DNA from: Isurus oxyrinchus
Taxonomy: Eukaryota
Direction of reading: 5' to 3'
Assembly: GCA_026770705.1 (NCBI GenBank)
Contig: JANJGN010000011.1
Location: 112,778,001-112,842,000, forward strand
Length of the DNA stretch: 64,000 nt
Of this stretch, positions 50,434-62,879 are shown piece by piece. The translations under genes were made by a program, and so were the position numbers. The notes under the pieces were generated by a model, which did no database searches, was not told where the DNA came from, and saw only the letters and a program-made list of their open reading frames with translations. Every line of letters begins with the position of its first letter. Position 1 is the first letter of the stretch.

Positions 50434-53400
50434 TGCTCCTCTCCGCAGATGCTGCCAGACCTGCTGAGTTTTTCCAGGTATTTTTGTTTTTCTTTTGGAT
50501 TTATAGCTTCCGCAGTTTTTTGCTTTTATCTTAGTGTTTAGTTGACTGCCACTTCTCTTCAAGGTATGCCTACCTTGAAGAAGTATTGCTCTTCTCTCTG
50601 TCAGGATTTTGTATCTCTCTTTTGCCTTGTTCACCTTCATTGCTTTCCATTTCTCTCCTGGTTTTTGACAAAGTGTTTACTAAAACCTGCCTTCACAGCC
50701 ATAGCTCCTTTCTCAGTGACTGTCTCCGTCTCCAACTTGGATTTCAACTGAAGTTCCATCCCTCATGTTTCAAACCCACCCAGGATTACAGGTATCTCCA
50801 GGACATACAATGCTCCTCGGATTGCTGTTCTTGTCGCATTCTGCGATCCACACTCAGTGCCATGCGCCGCCATATGAACACCATCGACCTCTCCCTCCTG
50901 CAGCACCGCCGCACCCTTTTTCAAAGCTGCGCGTGCCCCCAGTTTCATTTTATTCTTCGTTTCATCCGACGCCTCAACAAGAAACTTTTTCTCTTTCTTT
51001 CAGGAGCAAAGGAACGCAAACTCCAACAACTTATCAACACCAACACCCATTCAGGACCATCCGACCAAACCCTTTGTCTCCATTCCATCTTCCAATCCCA
51101 GCCCCGGCCGTGTATTCACCATACCCCCTGACCTTCCCCTCTCTGACACTGAATGTTCAGTGCTCAGCAAAGGACTTAGTTTCATACCCTTACGCCCTCA
51201 TCTCAATGAATTTTGGGCTCGGCACGATGCTGAACTCTTCTTCCACCACCTTCGTCTCCGTGCTCACGTCTTTGGGCAGGAGTCCTATCCCTGTTCAACG
51301 GATCCTTTTACCCACCTCCAATATTCTCCCTCCACCTGGGTCCCTCCCTCTGGATTCTTACCTTCTCTTGATCTTTTCATTGAGAACTGTCTGCGTGACA
51401 TTAGTCGTCTCAATTTCTCTGCTCCTCTCACCCATTCTACTCTGTCTCTCTCTGAACTTGCTGCACTCCATTCTCTCAGGTCCAACTCTGACATTGTCAT
51501 CAAACCCGCTGACAAGGGTGGTGCTGTTGTTGTCCGGTGCACTGACTTCTACCTTGCAGAGGCTGAGCGTCAGCTTATAGACACTTCCTCCTACCTCCCC
51601 CTGGACCATGACCCACCACTGAACATCAAACCATTGTTTCCAGGATTGTTACTGACCTCATCTCCTCTGGAGATCTTCCTTCCACAGCTTCCAACCTGAG
51701 AGACTCCCAACCTCGGATGGCCTGCTTCTACCTCCTACCCAAAATCCACAAACAGGACTGTCCCGGCAGACTGATCCTGCCCCACAGAACTCATTTCTCG
51801 TTATCTTGACTCCATTCTCTCTCCCCTTGTCCAGTCCCTTCCCACCTACATCCGTGATTCCTCTGACACCCTACATCTTATCAAAAATTTCCGGTTCCCT
51901 AGCCCCAACCGCTTCCTCTTCACCATGGACGTCCAATCCCTCTACACTTCCATCCCCCACCCGGGATGGTCTGATGGCTCTCCACTTCTTCCTCGAACAG
52001 AGGCCCGAGCAATCCTCATCCACCACTACTCTCCTCTGTCTGGCTGAACTTGTTCTCACACTGAACAATTTCTCCTTAAACTCCTCTCACTTCTTCCAAA
52101 TAAAAGGTGTGGCTATGGGTACCCGCATGGGCCCCAGCTATGCCTGTCTCTTTATGGGGTATGTGGAACATTCCTTGTTCCAGTCCTACTCTGGCCCCCT
52201 CCCACAACTCTTTCTCCGGTACATCGATGATTACTTCAGTGCTGCTTCATGCTCTTGTCTGGACCTGGAAAAATGAATTAATTTTGCTTCCAATTTCCAT
52301 CCATCATTTTCACATAGTCCATCTCTGACACTTCCCTTCCCTTCCTTGACCTCTCTGTCTCAATTTCTGGTGATTGACTGTCCACCAATATCCATTACAA
52401 GCCTACCGACTCCCACAGCTACCTCGACTACAGCTCCTCACACCCTGCTTCCTGTAAGGACTCCATCCCATTCTCTCAGTTCTTTCGCCTCCGTCGCATC
52501 TGTTCCGATGATGCCACTTTCAAAAACAGTCCCTCTGACATGTCCTTCTTCTTCCTTAACCAAGGTTTTCCACCCATGGTGGTTGACAGGGCCCTCAACC
52601 GTGTCCGGCCCATTTCCCGCGCATCCGCCCTCACGCCTTCTCCTCCCTCCCAGAAACATGATAGGGTCCCCCTTGTCCTCACTTATCACCCCACCAGCCT
52701 CTGCATTCAAAGGATCATCCTCCGCTATTTCCGCCAACTCCAGAATGATGCCACCATCAAACACATCTTCCCTTCACCCCCCCAGTAGCATTCCGCAGGC
52801 ATCTCCTCCGGCACACCCTGGTCCACTCCTCCATCAACCCCTACACCTCAACCCCCTCCCACGGCACCCTCCCATGCAACCGCAGAAGGTGTAACACCTG
52901 CCCCTTTACTTCCCTTCTCCTCACCGTCCAAGGGCCCAAACACTCCTTTCAAGTGAAGCAGCATTTCACTTGCGCTTCCCTCAATTTTGTCTACTGCATT
53001 TGTTGCTCCAAATGCAGTTTCCTCTACATTGGAGCGACCAAACGCAGCCTGGGTGACCGCTTTGCAGAACAGCTTCGGTCTGTCCACAAGCATTACGCAG
53101 ACCTCCCTATAGCACTTGCTATTTCAACACTCCACCCTGCTCTCTTGCCCACATGTCTGTCCTTGGCTTGCTGCATTGTTCCAGTGAAGTTCAACGCAAA
53201 CTGGAGGAACAGCACCTCATCTGTCCAGACTGAATATTGAATTCAACAATTTTAGATCATGAACTCGCGACTCCATCCCCACCCCCTTTCTAATTCTCTC
53301 CCCCCCCCACTTTTTTTTCCAATAATTTATATAGATTTTTCTTTTCCCACCTACTTCCATTATTTTAAATGTATTTCCATCCGTTGTTTTATCTCTACCT

Positions 53401-53648
53401 TTTAGCCTTTTTTGATTCCTTCACCCCACCCACACCCACTAGGGCTATCTGTAACTTGCTTGTCCTGCTTTCTACCCTTAATTAGCACATTCCTTAGATA
53501 ATATCACCACCTTCAACACCTCTTTGTACTTTTGTTTGTGACATCTTTTTGTTATCTCCACCTATCACTAGCCCTCTATCCAGCTCTACTTGTCCCACCC
53601 CCCCTCCCCTTAAACCAGCTTATATTTCACCTCTCTTCTATTTTTATT

Positions 53649-53689
53649 TAGTTCTGTTGAAGGGTCATTTGGACTCGAAACGTTAACTG
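53649..53689 (+). ncRNA. Minimal hammerhead ribozyme motif (3' pLTR)
   Basis: AGTT-CTGTTGA-AGGGTCATTTGGACTC-GAAA-CGTT-AACT. Confidence 0.72.
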
Positions 53690-53757
53690 TGCTCCTCTCC
53701 GCAGATGCTGCCAGACCTGCTAAGTTTTTCTAGGTATTTTTGTTTTAGTTTTGCTTT

Positions 53758-55450
53758 CCAATCACTGTAGTTGAGGCGCCCGTATCCACCTCCATTATTA
53801 ATGGCTTCTCATTAACTTGGATGGTGACAGTGATAGGTTTGGTTTTTACAGAGGTTACGTTATACAAGGAATAAACGTCAATTTTGGCAGCTTCAGGTTC
53901 TGCTGTATTTTTTAATTCAATCATGTTGATTTGCTGCTTTATGGGCTGTTTCGACTTTTCCCTGCATTTCCTTACTACCTGACCTTTCTTATGGCAGTAA
54001 TGGCATTCTGTCTCCTTGAATTTACAGGTGTCTGGTCCGTGGTCACCTCCACATCTCTAACAACTTAATCTTAAAGTCACTGCTGAAGTATTTCTACTCA
54101 ACCTCTTCACATTTCTAGCAGCGAATATTGCATCTCGTTTTGATGCTGTGGGTCTGGTTTTCGTTCCACGCTTGGCATTAGGTTCCCACCCCACATGAAG
54201 AACAGCGCCATGTTGTACGTGTTGCAAAGTCTGGGAGTCTTTCGCCACACTTCCATGGCGAGGGAGATTTCTAGGGCGTGCTGAAAATTGATGTTGACCT
54301 CGGTGAGCAAACACCAAGTGAGTGCTGAATGGCAGCGTCATGATCTCCACAAACTATTCGGTCCCATGGCATCTCATTTAATGTGTCCCCAAAATCACAG
54401 TGTTCTGTCAACTGCTTAAGGTTCAATACATAGTCTGTGATGGACTCTCCCGGGGCCTTAACTCGGGAATTACATTTAAAATGCTACATTATTACAGATG
54501 CCTTCGGCTGGAAGTGCGCTTTCACGAGGTCCATTAAATCAATGTAGGACTTGGAATTGGGTGCACTCGGGGCCATCAGGTTGTGAATGAGATTATATGG
54601 GCAGAATATTGCGCTCATTGGGCGGGCATGCGCCGGACCTGAATGAGCGTAAAATGATGCATGATGACATCAGCGAGTGTCCCGACAGCATCGTGCATTC
54701 GGGCGATATTTCGGTCGGCGGGTGCATGGGGGATCAGCAGTGCGCTTACCGACCATTGAGTGCCCTCATAAGTCCAGTAAAGTCATAATTAAAGGAAATT
54801 TTTGCTGCCCGGCCAACCTGACAGTTGGTGGCTAGATGTATTGGCTAGGCAGGATGAGGTTTCATCGGTGATGAAAAGAAATAAAAACATTTCAAATAAT
54901 TTCTAACAGAGTCAATGAGGGGGCATGTCATTAACATTTTTAAATGCTTTTTTAAAAAAAATTCTTCAGCTCCCTGAGGCAGCACTGTGCTTCAGGGAGT
55001 TTTTACTGCGCGACCTTCCGTGCTTGGCCTCCTCCCGCCCACCCCGGCAGCGTTGCAGTGCAGGTCTCACTGGCCAGCCAGCGTGAAATCGCGGCTGGGC
55101 CCGAATGCGGGCAGTGATCCATTTCGCAGCCACTCCTACTCACCCCTGCTGAGCCCACCTGATGACCGGAAAGTCCTGGCCTATGTCTTACTGCCACATA
55201 CACTCAAAAGGGTGGCATTCTGCTTTTCCTCCGCGGTAATTTTGTGCGCTGCGAAATAAAATCCGAGGTGCTCTACACACTGGCTCCAGTCTTTCATAGC
55301 CGCATCATAAGGATCGATTCTCCCAAAGAGTAGCATGAGTAGTCTTTTCTTTTTCTTAAGTTTCAATATACTCATGGTAACAAGGTGAAGTGCAGCGTCA
55401 GAGCTATTTTACCCTCGGTGCCAAATGTAATGACTCAACTCGAGATTGTT
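53758..55450 (-). mobile_element. Mag-like Gypsy gag-protease, PBS and start of the 5' LTR (same copy as 49345-49851)
   Basis: MEVDTGASTTVIG next to 53760; LFGRIDPYD..DWSQCVE..ATLLSVCGSKTYNLI; leader and PBS similar to 41960-42042; LTR begins TGTAATG at 55426. Confidence 0.88.
54599..55181. mobile_element. Non-autonomous Harbinger MITE with TAT TSD
   Basis: GGGCAGAATATTGC...GGAAAGTCCTGGCC; TAT at 54596-54598 and 55182-55184; removing it restores the gag reading SKTYNLI. Confidence 0.88.
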
Positions 55451-55534
55451 GATAGGAAAGTGTAGGAGGTGCAGTGAGCAGTGTGGGAGGTTGTTGCTGC
55501 AGTTGGTAGAAGATTGCAATTGAAGGTACATTCA

Positions 55535-55990
55535 ATAACAACAACTTGAATTTATATAGCATCTCTAACATAACAAAACATCCCAGTGCTTCACTGGAGC
55601 ATTATCAAACCAGATATGACACTGATCTGCACAAGGACATATTAGGACAAAGGACAACAGCTTGGTCAAAGAGGTAGTTTTAAGGAGCATCTTAAAGGAT
55701 GAATGTGATTAGAGAGGTGGAAAGGTTTAGGGAGGAAATTCCAGAGCTTGTAGCCTAGGCAACTGAATGCATGGTCACTAACGAAGGAGAGATTAAAATT
55801 GGGAATGCTCAAGATGTCGGAGTTAAAAGAGTACAGCTGCCTTGGAGGGCTGTGGGGCTGGAAGAGATTATAGAGGTTGGAAGGGGCAAGGCCATGGAGA
55901 GATTTTAAAACAGGGATGAGAATTTTAAAATCAAGGCGTTACTTAACCAGAGCACAAGGGTGATGGGTGAATGTGGCTTGGTGTGAGTTA
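55535..55990 (-). mobile_element. L2-type LINE 3' end
   Basis: Minus strand ends ..GCACTGGGATGTTTTG..GATGCTATATAAATTCAAGTTGTTGTT; upstream LWNFLP-type motif. Confidence 0.7.
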
Positions 55991-56356
55991 GGACACAGAC
56001 AGTGAGTTTTGGATGAGCCACTTGCCACTCAACTTCCCATAACTTATGAGGTCAGTGACACCCTTATGGCACTGGGCCCACATCCTCCTTGTTAAGCCAT
56101 AACTGCTGGCTTTCTTCACTACTTCCAGGTGTCCATTTTCTTCTGTGGGTTTTTTTTTCTGTCCAGATGCAGGGAAGAAAATATGGTGCCTCTTGGCCCC
56201 AGCCTTGGTGAGCACCTCCAGGCAGGCATCAGAAAATTCAGAGGCTGACTGTGTCTGCCCGCCCTTGACAGTGCTGGCCTGACCCCATACTTCTCCTTGC
56301 CAACCATCTGCACAATGAGCAGCAGGCCTAGTCATGGCTGGCCCCTGCCTTTTCAA
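55991..56356 (-). pseudogene. Harbinger Myb/SANT-like remnant
   Basis: ASEFSDACLEVLTKAGAKRHHIFFP..LEVVKKASSYGLTRRMWAQCHKGVTDL. Confidence 0.75.
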
Positions 56357-57519
56357 AGGGCCCTTAGTGACTGTGTCCCATCACCAGGCCATGTTTGACA
56401 AAGCTGATTGGCTGCTGAATATTGCCCCTGAGCCAATCAGACCATTTGCAATTGTAAATTGTGGAACATTAGTGACGCAAGTGTGAGGCGGGCTTGGAAC
56501 CTGGGTCTGAACTGATGGCCGGGTTCACAAACCAGAATGACAATCAGCTCCATAACCCTGAGAATTCGACCTGAGCTGCAACCTAAGTCAATTTTAAGAA
56601 GTTAATTTTATTTTAAATTGCTGTGAGATCTGAGTTCCAACATGTTCTTTTCCATCGAGATGTTGCAATAAGAAAAAAGAGTTGTAAATAATCATGTAAA
56701 TAAGGATGATGCAAAGATTGTCATAATTTCTATGCATTTTTGGGCAGTGGACTAATTCTGTCCTTTTTATTGTATGTTTTCTGTTGCTCATAGAGAGCTT
56801 GCCACTATTAGAAATACTTCACAGATGTGACAAAAACTGGATTTTGTTCTGAATTTTTATTATGTATTTTTTCTAGTGAGAAATGGCATACTAGTGGGCA
56901 ATGTTCACACTGGGACCTAGAAATTCAAACTGTTTCATGGATATAAAAAGGTTGCCTAAGGATCCAATATGGGATGCAGTGTGCACATGCTCACTTATTG
57001 CAGGCAGTGGATGGCGCTCAACTGTCGGCATTGAGAATATGTGCTAGTCGCTGTAAAATGTGCATTATGATGGTTATTAAAGGTCCCATTCTTGTTGGTT
57101 TCTTTGTGAACTTAGTTTTTACTGGCTTCTGACTCATTTTATTCCTCTCATTTCCAGAAATTGTGTAACTTCCATATTTGATATTCTTTTGGTGCATATT
57201 GACCTCCTAATTTTACATTGTACAGATTTCATTTGCAGGACCTTGAGTCTACCTATAAAAGTTTTCAAGTTTTGAATAGTGGTTTTCCTTTCCAGTATTA
57301 TTTCCTAAACTATAACTCACCACTTCCTCCTGTTCTCTTAAAAACGTTTCTGCCTACAGAGTACATTAGTTTTAGTATGCAACGCTTCATCTTTGTGCTT
57401 AACACAATGATTTCTTGTCCACTGGTAACCAAATGAATGAGCTGGAGAGATTCAGAATTCCTTGAGGTAAAATCCCCAGTCGCAATGGAGCCTGAAGTAA
57501 TGCAATTTCATCACAGAAT

Positions 57520-59050
57520 TGCATAGAATTACATAGAATTTACAACACACGTGTATGAACATCTTCTTGTATTTGTTGCAGTTTTCCTCAGTATTAGCTA
57601 TATAATTAATTTTGTATCAACTGCAAATATTGAATTGTACTTCTGATCCCCAGGTGCAAATTGTTTATGTAAATGGTAAACAACAGTGGTCCCAGCACTG
57701 ATCCCTGTGGAACACCATTTCCACTTTCTACTAGCCTCGCTCAGTGTTTTTTGTTTTATAGCCAACTTGCTATTTATTCTGCGATTTGTTTCCTGATACC
57801 AAGCCCTGATCTTAGTCACGAGTCTGCTATGTAGTACCTTATCAAAGTCCCATTGAAAATCCAAATGTATTATATTACTCTTACTCTTTCTGCTGCACCG
57901 TGAAATAATTAAATAAGTTTGTTCAAGCATAACCTTCAGCTGAAATCCATGCTGACTACTTTTTTATTATATTTTAGGTTTCTAGTTGTTTTTTTATTAC
58001 ATATTTGAATAAAGATTCCATATCTTTCCCACTGCTGATGTTAGTTTAGGTGGTTTATGGTTCCGGGGGTTTCCTGTATCACCCTTTACCAAATTACGAA
58101 TAACATTAGTTATCTGCCAGACCTTTGGCACTATTCTTTTTCTAATGAATTTTTATAAGCATATAATAGTGCCCCTGATATCTCTTCCCTTGCTTTTTAC
58201 AGTATTCTTAGATGAATCCATCCAAAACAAGGGTTTTATGCTCTCAGAGTTTGATTAGTTGATCAAAAGTCTTCCTCCTTTCCATTTTAAATGTCTTTAT
58301 ATCTTTTTTGCTATTCTATTCTTATATTCATCCTGATAAATTTGAGGTGAAGTAATCATTAATTATATCTGACACCTCTCTATCAATACCTGTGAGTTTA
58401 TCTTGTACATCCCTTGGTGGTCTGTCCCTTTTCTGGGGGGATATTAAGCAAAACAAGGTGAGGACAAAGTACACTCTAAATTTTCCCTTACGTTGGCCCA
58501 GTTTACATTGTCCACATTCTTATTCTCATGATCTGTATATGGTTTTTACTTTGCAGTCTTTATAATTTTATTCCACTTTTATTTTAATTTTTTCTTAATT
58601 TTAGGTTTTTACTTTCTGCTTCATAAATATAATTTTCTGATATTTTTAATGGCCTTGATCTCTTCTATTTTCATCTTTTTTTGTTGTATTTGTCATCCCT
58701 CTGAACCGTGGTTTCTGCTGTTTCTGTTTTTTTTCGATCCAGCTTCTGTTCAATGAATTTTTTTTTCGATGGAACATTTCACTTCTCCCGGCTGTTTAGT
58801 TTCTTCTTTCCCAGTCAGTAATTCTGCTTTCTGTTCCTATTTCCCTGTGTAAGAATTTTTTTTTCTAATCTGTTGTTGTTTTTCTTCAAGCTTTTCCTGG
58901 ATTCTTCCTATTGACATAAGTACTTTGAGGGCCAATCACCATGGTGTTTTCTCTCTGAGATATTGGATTATTGGAATCATATTGAGGTGATTATCTGAGA
59001 GGACAAAATAGGCCATATTTAATAACAAATCTAAGTGCAAAATAGACAAA
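57520..59050 (-). mobile_element. Old, AT-rich CR1 LINE remnant
   Basis: HLDFQWDFDKVLHSRLV, GVPQGSVLGPLLFTIYIN (frameshifted), FAVDTKL. Confidence 0.75.
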
Positions 59051-59627
59051 AAAACAAATTGCATTGATGGGCTAAGATTAAGCAAAGCTATGGTTCACTT
59101 GAAGAATTAATAAAAAAGACGTTTCATAATGGTGAAAAGGGATATAACAAGTGACATATTTTAACTGCAGGTCATTGGATAATAGTAACTATCAAACTTG
59201 CACTTTACCAGGGCATTTACCTACCTCTCTCTGAGGGCTCATATTGGATCTTGGGGTGTGCACTGCAATCAAAATTTTTACAGAAGTACATAGTCAGAAA
59301 ATTATCCCAAATAAGTTACATTCTGTTTAAATTACTTGGGATGACAGTCCTTTTACCAATATTTATGGGGTTCATCCAGTATTTCAAGTAAATCATAAAT
59401 CACTGGCTTTGTTGAGGACTTTTGTCTGTCATTCATTTATTTGAGATTTTTTGATTGAAGCAATTCATACGAATATGCAAAGCGAGAAATGAAAGAGAAT
59501 GGTCACTCCTACTTATGCTCAAATATTTTCAATTGGTTTAGAAGCTCACCTGATGCATCCTACAAATGGTAGCGGGGTAGGCAAAGCAAAACAAAAAAAA
59601 AATGGCCCTGAATTTTGTGCACATCAT

Positions 59628-60340
59628 GGGCAGGATTTTCCCATCAACGAGCGGGGGACAGGGCCCGCTCGTCAACATGTAAAATGATGCGTGGTGACGT
59701 CAGGCGGAAATCCCGATGTCACTGCGCCCCATTTAAATTTTCTGGTAGGCAGGGGCGCAGCAAAATCAGCTGTGCAGCCGCTGACCTGTCAATGGCCAAT
59801 TGAGGCCATTGACAGAGTCATTTACCTAGTTAATGAACCTGCCCATCCAACCTTAAGGTTAGCGGGCAGGCCGGGAGCCCCGGTGGGAATTAGCAAAAGC
59901 AGGAAACCTCATCCACAGGCGGGATGAGGTTTCATGTAGGTTTTAAAAAATTTTATTAAACTTTTTGTAAAAATTATGGACGTGTCCCAACTCATGGTGA
60001 CAGTGTCACATGAGGGGACATGTAAGGGAATATTTTTTTCTCTATTTTTAACATTTTTTATTGTGGAGCCGATCTCCCTGAGGCATCACTTAGCCTCAGG
60101 GAGATGACTGCGCTCTTTCGTGCGCATGTGCGAAAGAACGCAATCTCGATTTAGGGATTCCCCCCCACCGCCCGCATAGGGAGCACATAGCGCTTCTGTG
60201 CGGACATCGCGCTGGGCGGGCCTTAATTGGCCCTCCCATGTAAAATGGCAGTGTACCTTCAATCAGGGGCACCGATCAGAGGAGCACTTGTGTGCGCCCG
60301 CCATTCAACTTCGCCCACAACGGGAGGAAAATCCTGCCCC
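59628..60340. mobile_element. Harbinger MITE with perfect 14-bp TIRs and CAT TSD, nested in the end of another Harbinger
   Basis: GGGCAGGATTTTCC (59628-59641) and GGAAAATCCTGCCC (60326-60339); CAT at 59625-59627 and 60341-60343. Confidence 0.9.
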
Positions 60341-60684
60341 CATGTGTGCATGACTGGTGGGCCCAGAAGTGGATGTGATATCTGCTTCCAGCCACGATCA
60401 CAACTGACATATGATTTTGCACTGTCTAGCCAATTAAAGCCCAGCCAGTGTGAAACGCACCCGGACACTGGTTCAGAGCTGGCAGCAGGGGCAGGAATCG
60501 GCAGGCACTGAGTCCAATGGGGACCAGAGGTGGAGTTTTAAAGCAGCACAGGCAACTCCCTGAAGGCTGCCAGGAGTTGAAGTGGAACCTCAGGGAGTTA
60601 TCCAAGAGAGAGTCTAATATCTGGCAGGAGTTAAGGCCTTAGCACTCATTCGGCATGCCAGGTGGGAGGGCAATGCTGGAAGGT

Positions 60685-60905
60685 ACTGTGCCCCACAATT
60701 CTCTGATTCATGCCTGCGCACTCTCACTGATGCAGAGAGTGCCCGGCCTAATATTCCGATGCTGCAGGATGGCAAGAGGAGGCTACCCCACCTGACAAAG
60801 AAGGCCTGGATGGAGGTGGCTGCCCAGGTGAGTGGGCATGATGTTGCGTGCTGCACATCGATCCCATGCCAGAAATGATTCAAAGATATTCAGTGATCCG
60901 CAAGT
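60685..60905 (+). pseudogene. Harbinger Myb/SANT-like remnant
   Basis: CAPQFSDSCLRTLTDAESARPNIPMLQDGKRRLPHLTKKAWMEVAAQVSGHDVACCTSIPCQK*FKD. Confidence 0.8.
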
Positions 60906-61021
60906 GTGAGTACCAACTTTGCACGGAAGGGTGGCTATTCATGGTGGTGCTCATGGGTATGAGATGAAGAGTGCCAAATTGCACATATCCCTGTGCCGGC
61001 CAAGGCTGGGATATGTGTCCA

Positions 61022-61749
61022 TGTCATGCAGCTTTTAATGTATATAAAATTATTGGAAAATATTTTTCGTTTAAAATAGAGATTTAGTCTGTGGGTGTGT
61101 CTTAATTGGATTAAAACCAGCTAGTGTGGGTGCTTTTGTGTGTAATAGTTTTGAGATGTATGAAAGGTAGAGTGCATTTTTTGAATAGAGCATTCAAGAA
61201 GGTGAGTGAAATCTGGCACCTAGCTAGCAGAGACCAAGCAATATGTTTATATTACTAATAAAATTGGTACTATGAAAGGGATTTTATTGTGAGAAGTGGC
61301 TGGTGATACAATGAGAATTTACATTCAATGAGCTGTGCTAGGTATAACTTCAGCAGTTTTCGTGTGTGCAGGGCAATGTAAGCTTAAATGAGCTTGAAGA
61401 GCAATGAGAGAGAAATCTCACTTTGAATTTGTAAGGTGAAAATGCTTTGCCTGGGTTCTGCTTAAAAATCAATGGGTTGCTGTTGCCCTAATGGAGATTA
61501 GTTTAGGAATTTGTTAAAAGTTATAATAGTAGTAATTTGTAGCCATGTATATTTGTTTTATGTGTTGTAACTTAACAAAATGTTTCATTTAGTTTAATAT
61601 AAAACCTCTCATGAACTGGTGATCTGATTCCTGAATTTAGAGCTTCATCTCAAACATACCACTTAAAAATATAGGTTATAACAGTGGTTTCAAGTTACCC
61701 TCTGGGATTTTTAATTAACTTAGCTTTATTGAAAGGCTGCCTCATAACA
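61022..61749. mobile_element. Solo LTR with a CpG-eroded 5-bp TSD
   Basis: TGTCATG...CATAACA ends; flanks GTCCA (61017-61021) and GTCTG (61750-61754); AT-rich block in a GC-richer host. Confidence 0.72.
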
Positions 61750-62879
61750 GTCTGCTTGCCTTGGGTATATAGAAGGTTGAGGTGAGCCAATCTGATGTGC
61801 GCCTCAAGCTTGCTCTCCTGAACAGTAGGGGACAAGGCTGATATGGTGTTGCAGGTCGAGGATGGACTAACGAATACACTTTAGTCTGAACAGGAGAAGA
61901 GAAGCCATAACGCGCTGGGGTGCCCAACATCTTGATCCTTTCCAGGTTTGAGATGAGCCCCTGGAGATGTCCAACAGGTGGCAGATACTGGATGTCCAGT
62001 GGGATGTGTGTGAATATCTGGTGGAGATCCCTAATAGTGTACAATGCATGGTTTATGTCTTGGAGGTGTCCATGTGGAGTTGAGCACTGCATTGACCCAG
62101 AGCTCTGAGAACACATTGACAGAGTGGTGACTTTCATGGAGAGGTAGCTCTAGGGACAGAATCAGGGGTTTCTGGAGCTGTGCTCAGACCTGCAAGCCCT
62201 CACACAGGCACTGACCTCAGCAGGGTGCCCATCCATCAATGGTGAGCAGGAGGGTTCAAACCAACCTCACACTGGCAGACCAGCCGCATGTCGCATCTGT
62301 GAGCTCCTCTCAAGGTGCTACAGATGAAGGCAGCAGCTCTTCTGCCCTTCTGCCAGTGCCAGTGGCATCTGATGAGGCTGCAATGACTGGGGAATGCTCA
62401 GCCTTGGCACTGGACTCTCCTACCCAGACAGGGCTTGCACAAGCTCCACCAGCCAGAGGACATCTGCCAAGATTATCAAGGCTGACAGGACATCACAGTC
62501 AGCAGGCTTCCCCTAATGTCAGCAAATGAGGGCAGGGGGTGGAAAGACCAAGACACAGCATGTGCAAGTGGACATTTAAGGCACTATAAACACAAGAGGG
62601 GTTGCCACGGGTGATACAACTTCAGCTGAAATGTGTTCCTGTGTACAAATTGTGTAAACATAACCACCACTTACAGATGTTATTATGTTGCCTGGTGTGA
62701 ATGTGCTTTATGTTTCTCATGGGTTTTGGGCATGGGAGTGGATTGTGACAGATGGGAAGGGCTGCAAACTTTGTTTCAGAGGTAGTTAGTTGATGTAAGG
62801 GTGACAGGTTGGCCTCATCAAGAACGTTCAGTAAGGAAGCGTCACCCTTTCCCTCACTTCCAAGCCATGCCTTGGATGC

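Larger units (their letters stand above)
49852..53757 (+). mobile_element. Near full-length Penelope-like element with an inverted 5' pLTR
   Basis: Inverted repeats 49852-50319 and 53274-53757; direct repeat ~50320-50500 and 53580-53757. ORF pieces: LSKGLSFIP, IVIKPADKGGAVVV, FYLLPKIHK, GVAMGTRMGPSYACLFMG, RYIDD, VYCI..LYIGATKR (GIY-YIG). Confidence 0.95.

Noticed and set aside
49852-53757. DNA transposon with 470-bp TIRs
   Set aside because: The inverted ends are copies of the Penelope 3' pLTR, and the interior encodes RT/GIY-YIG rather than a transposase.
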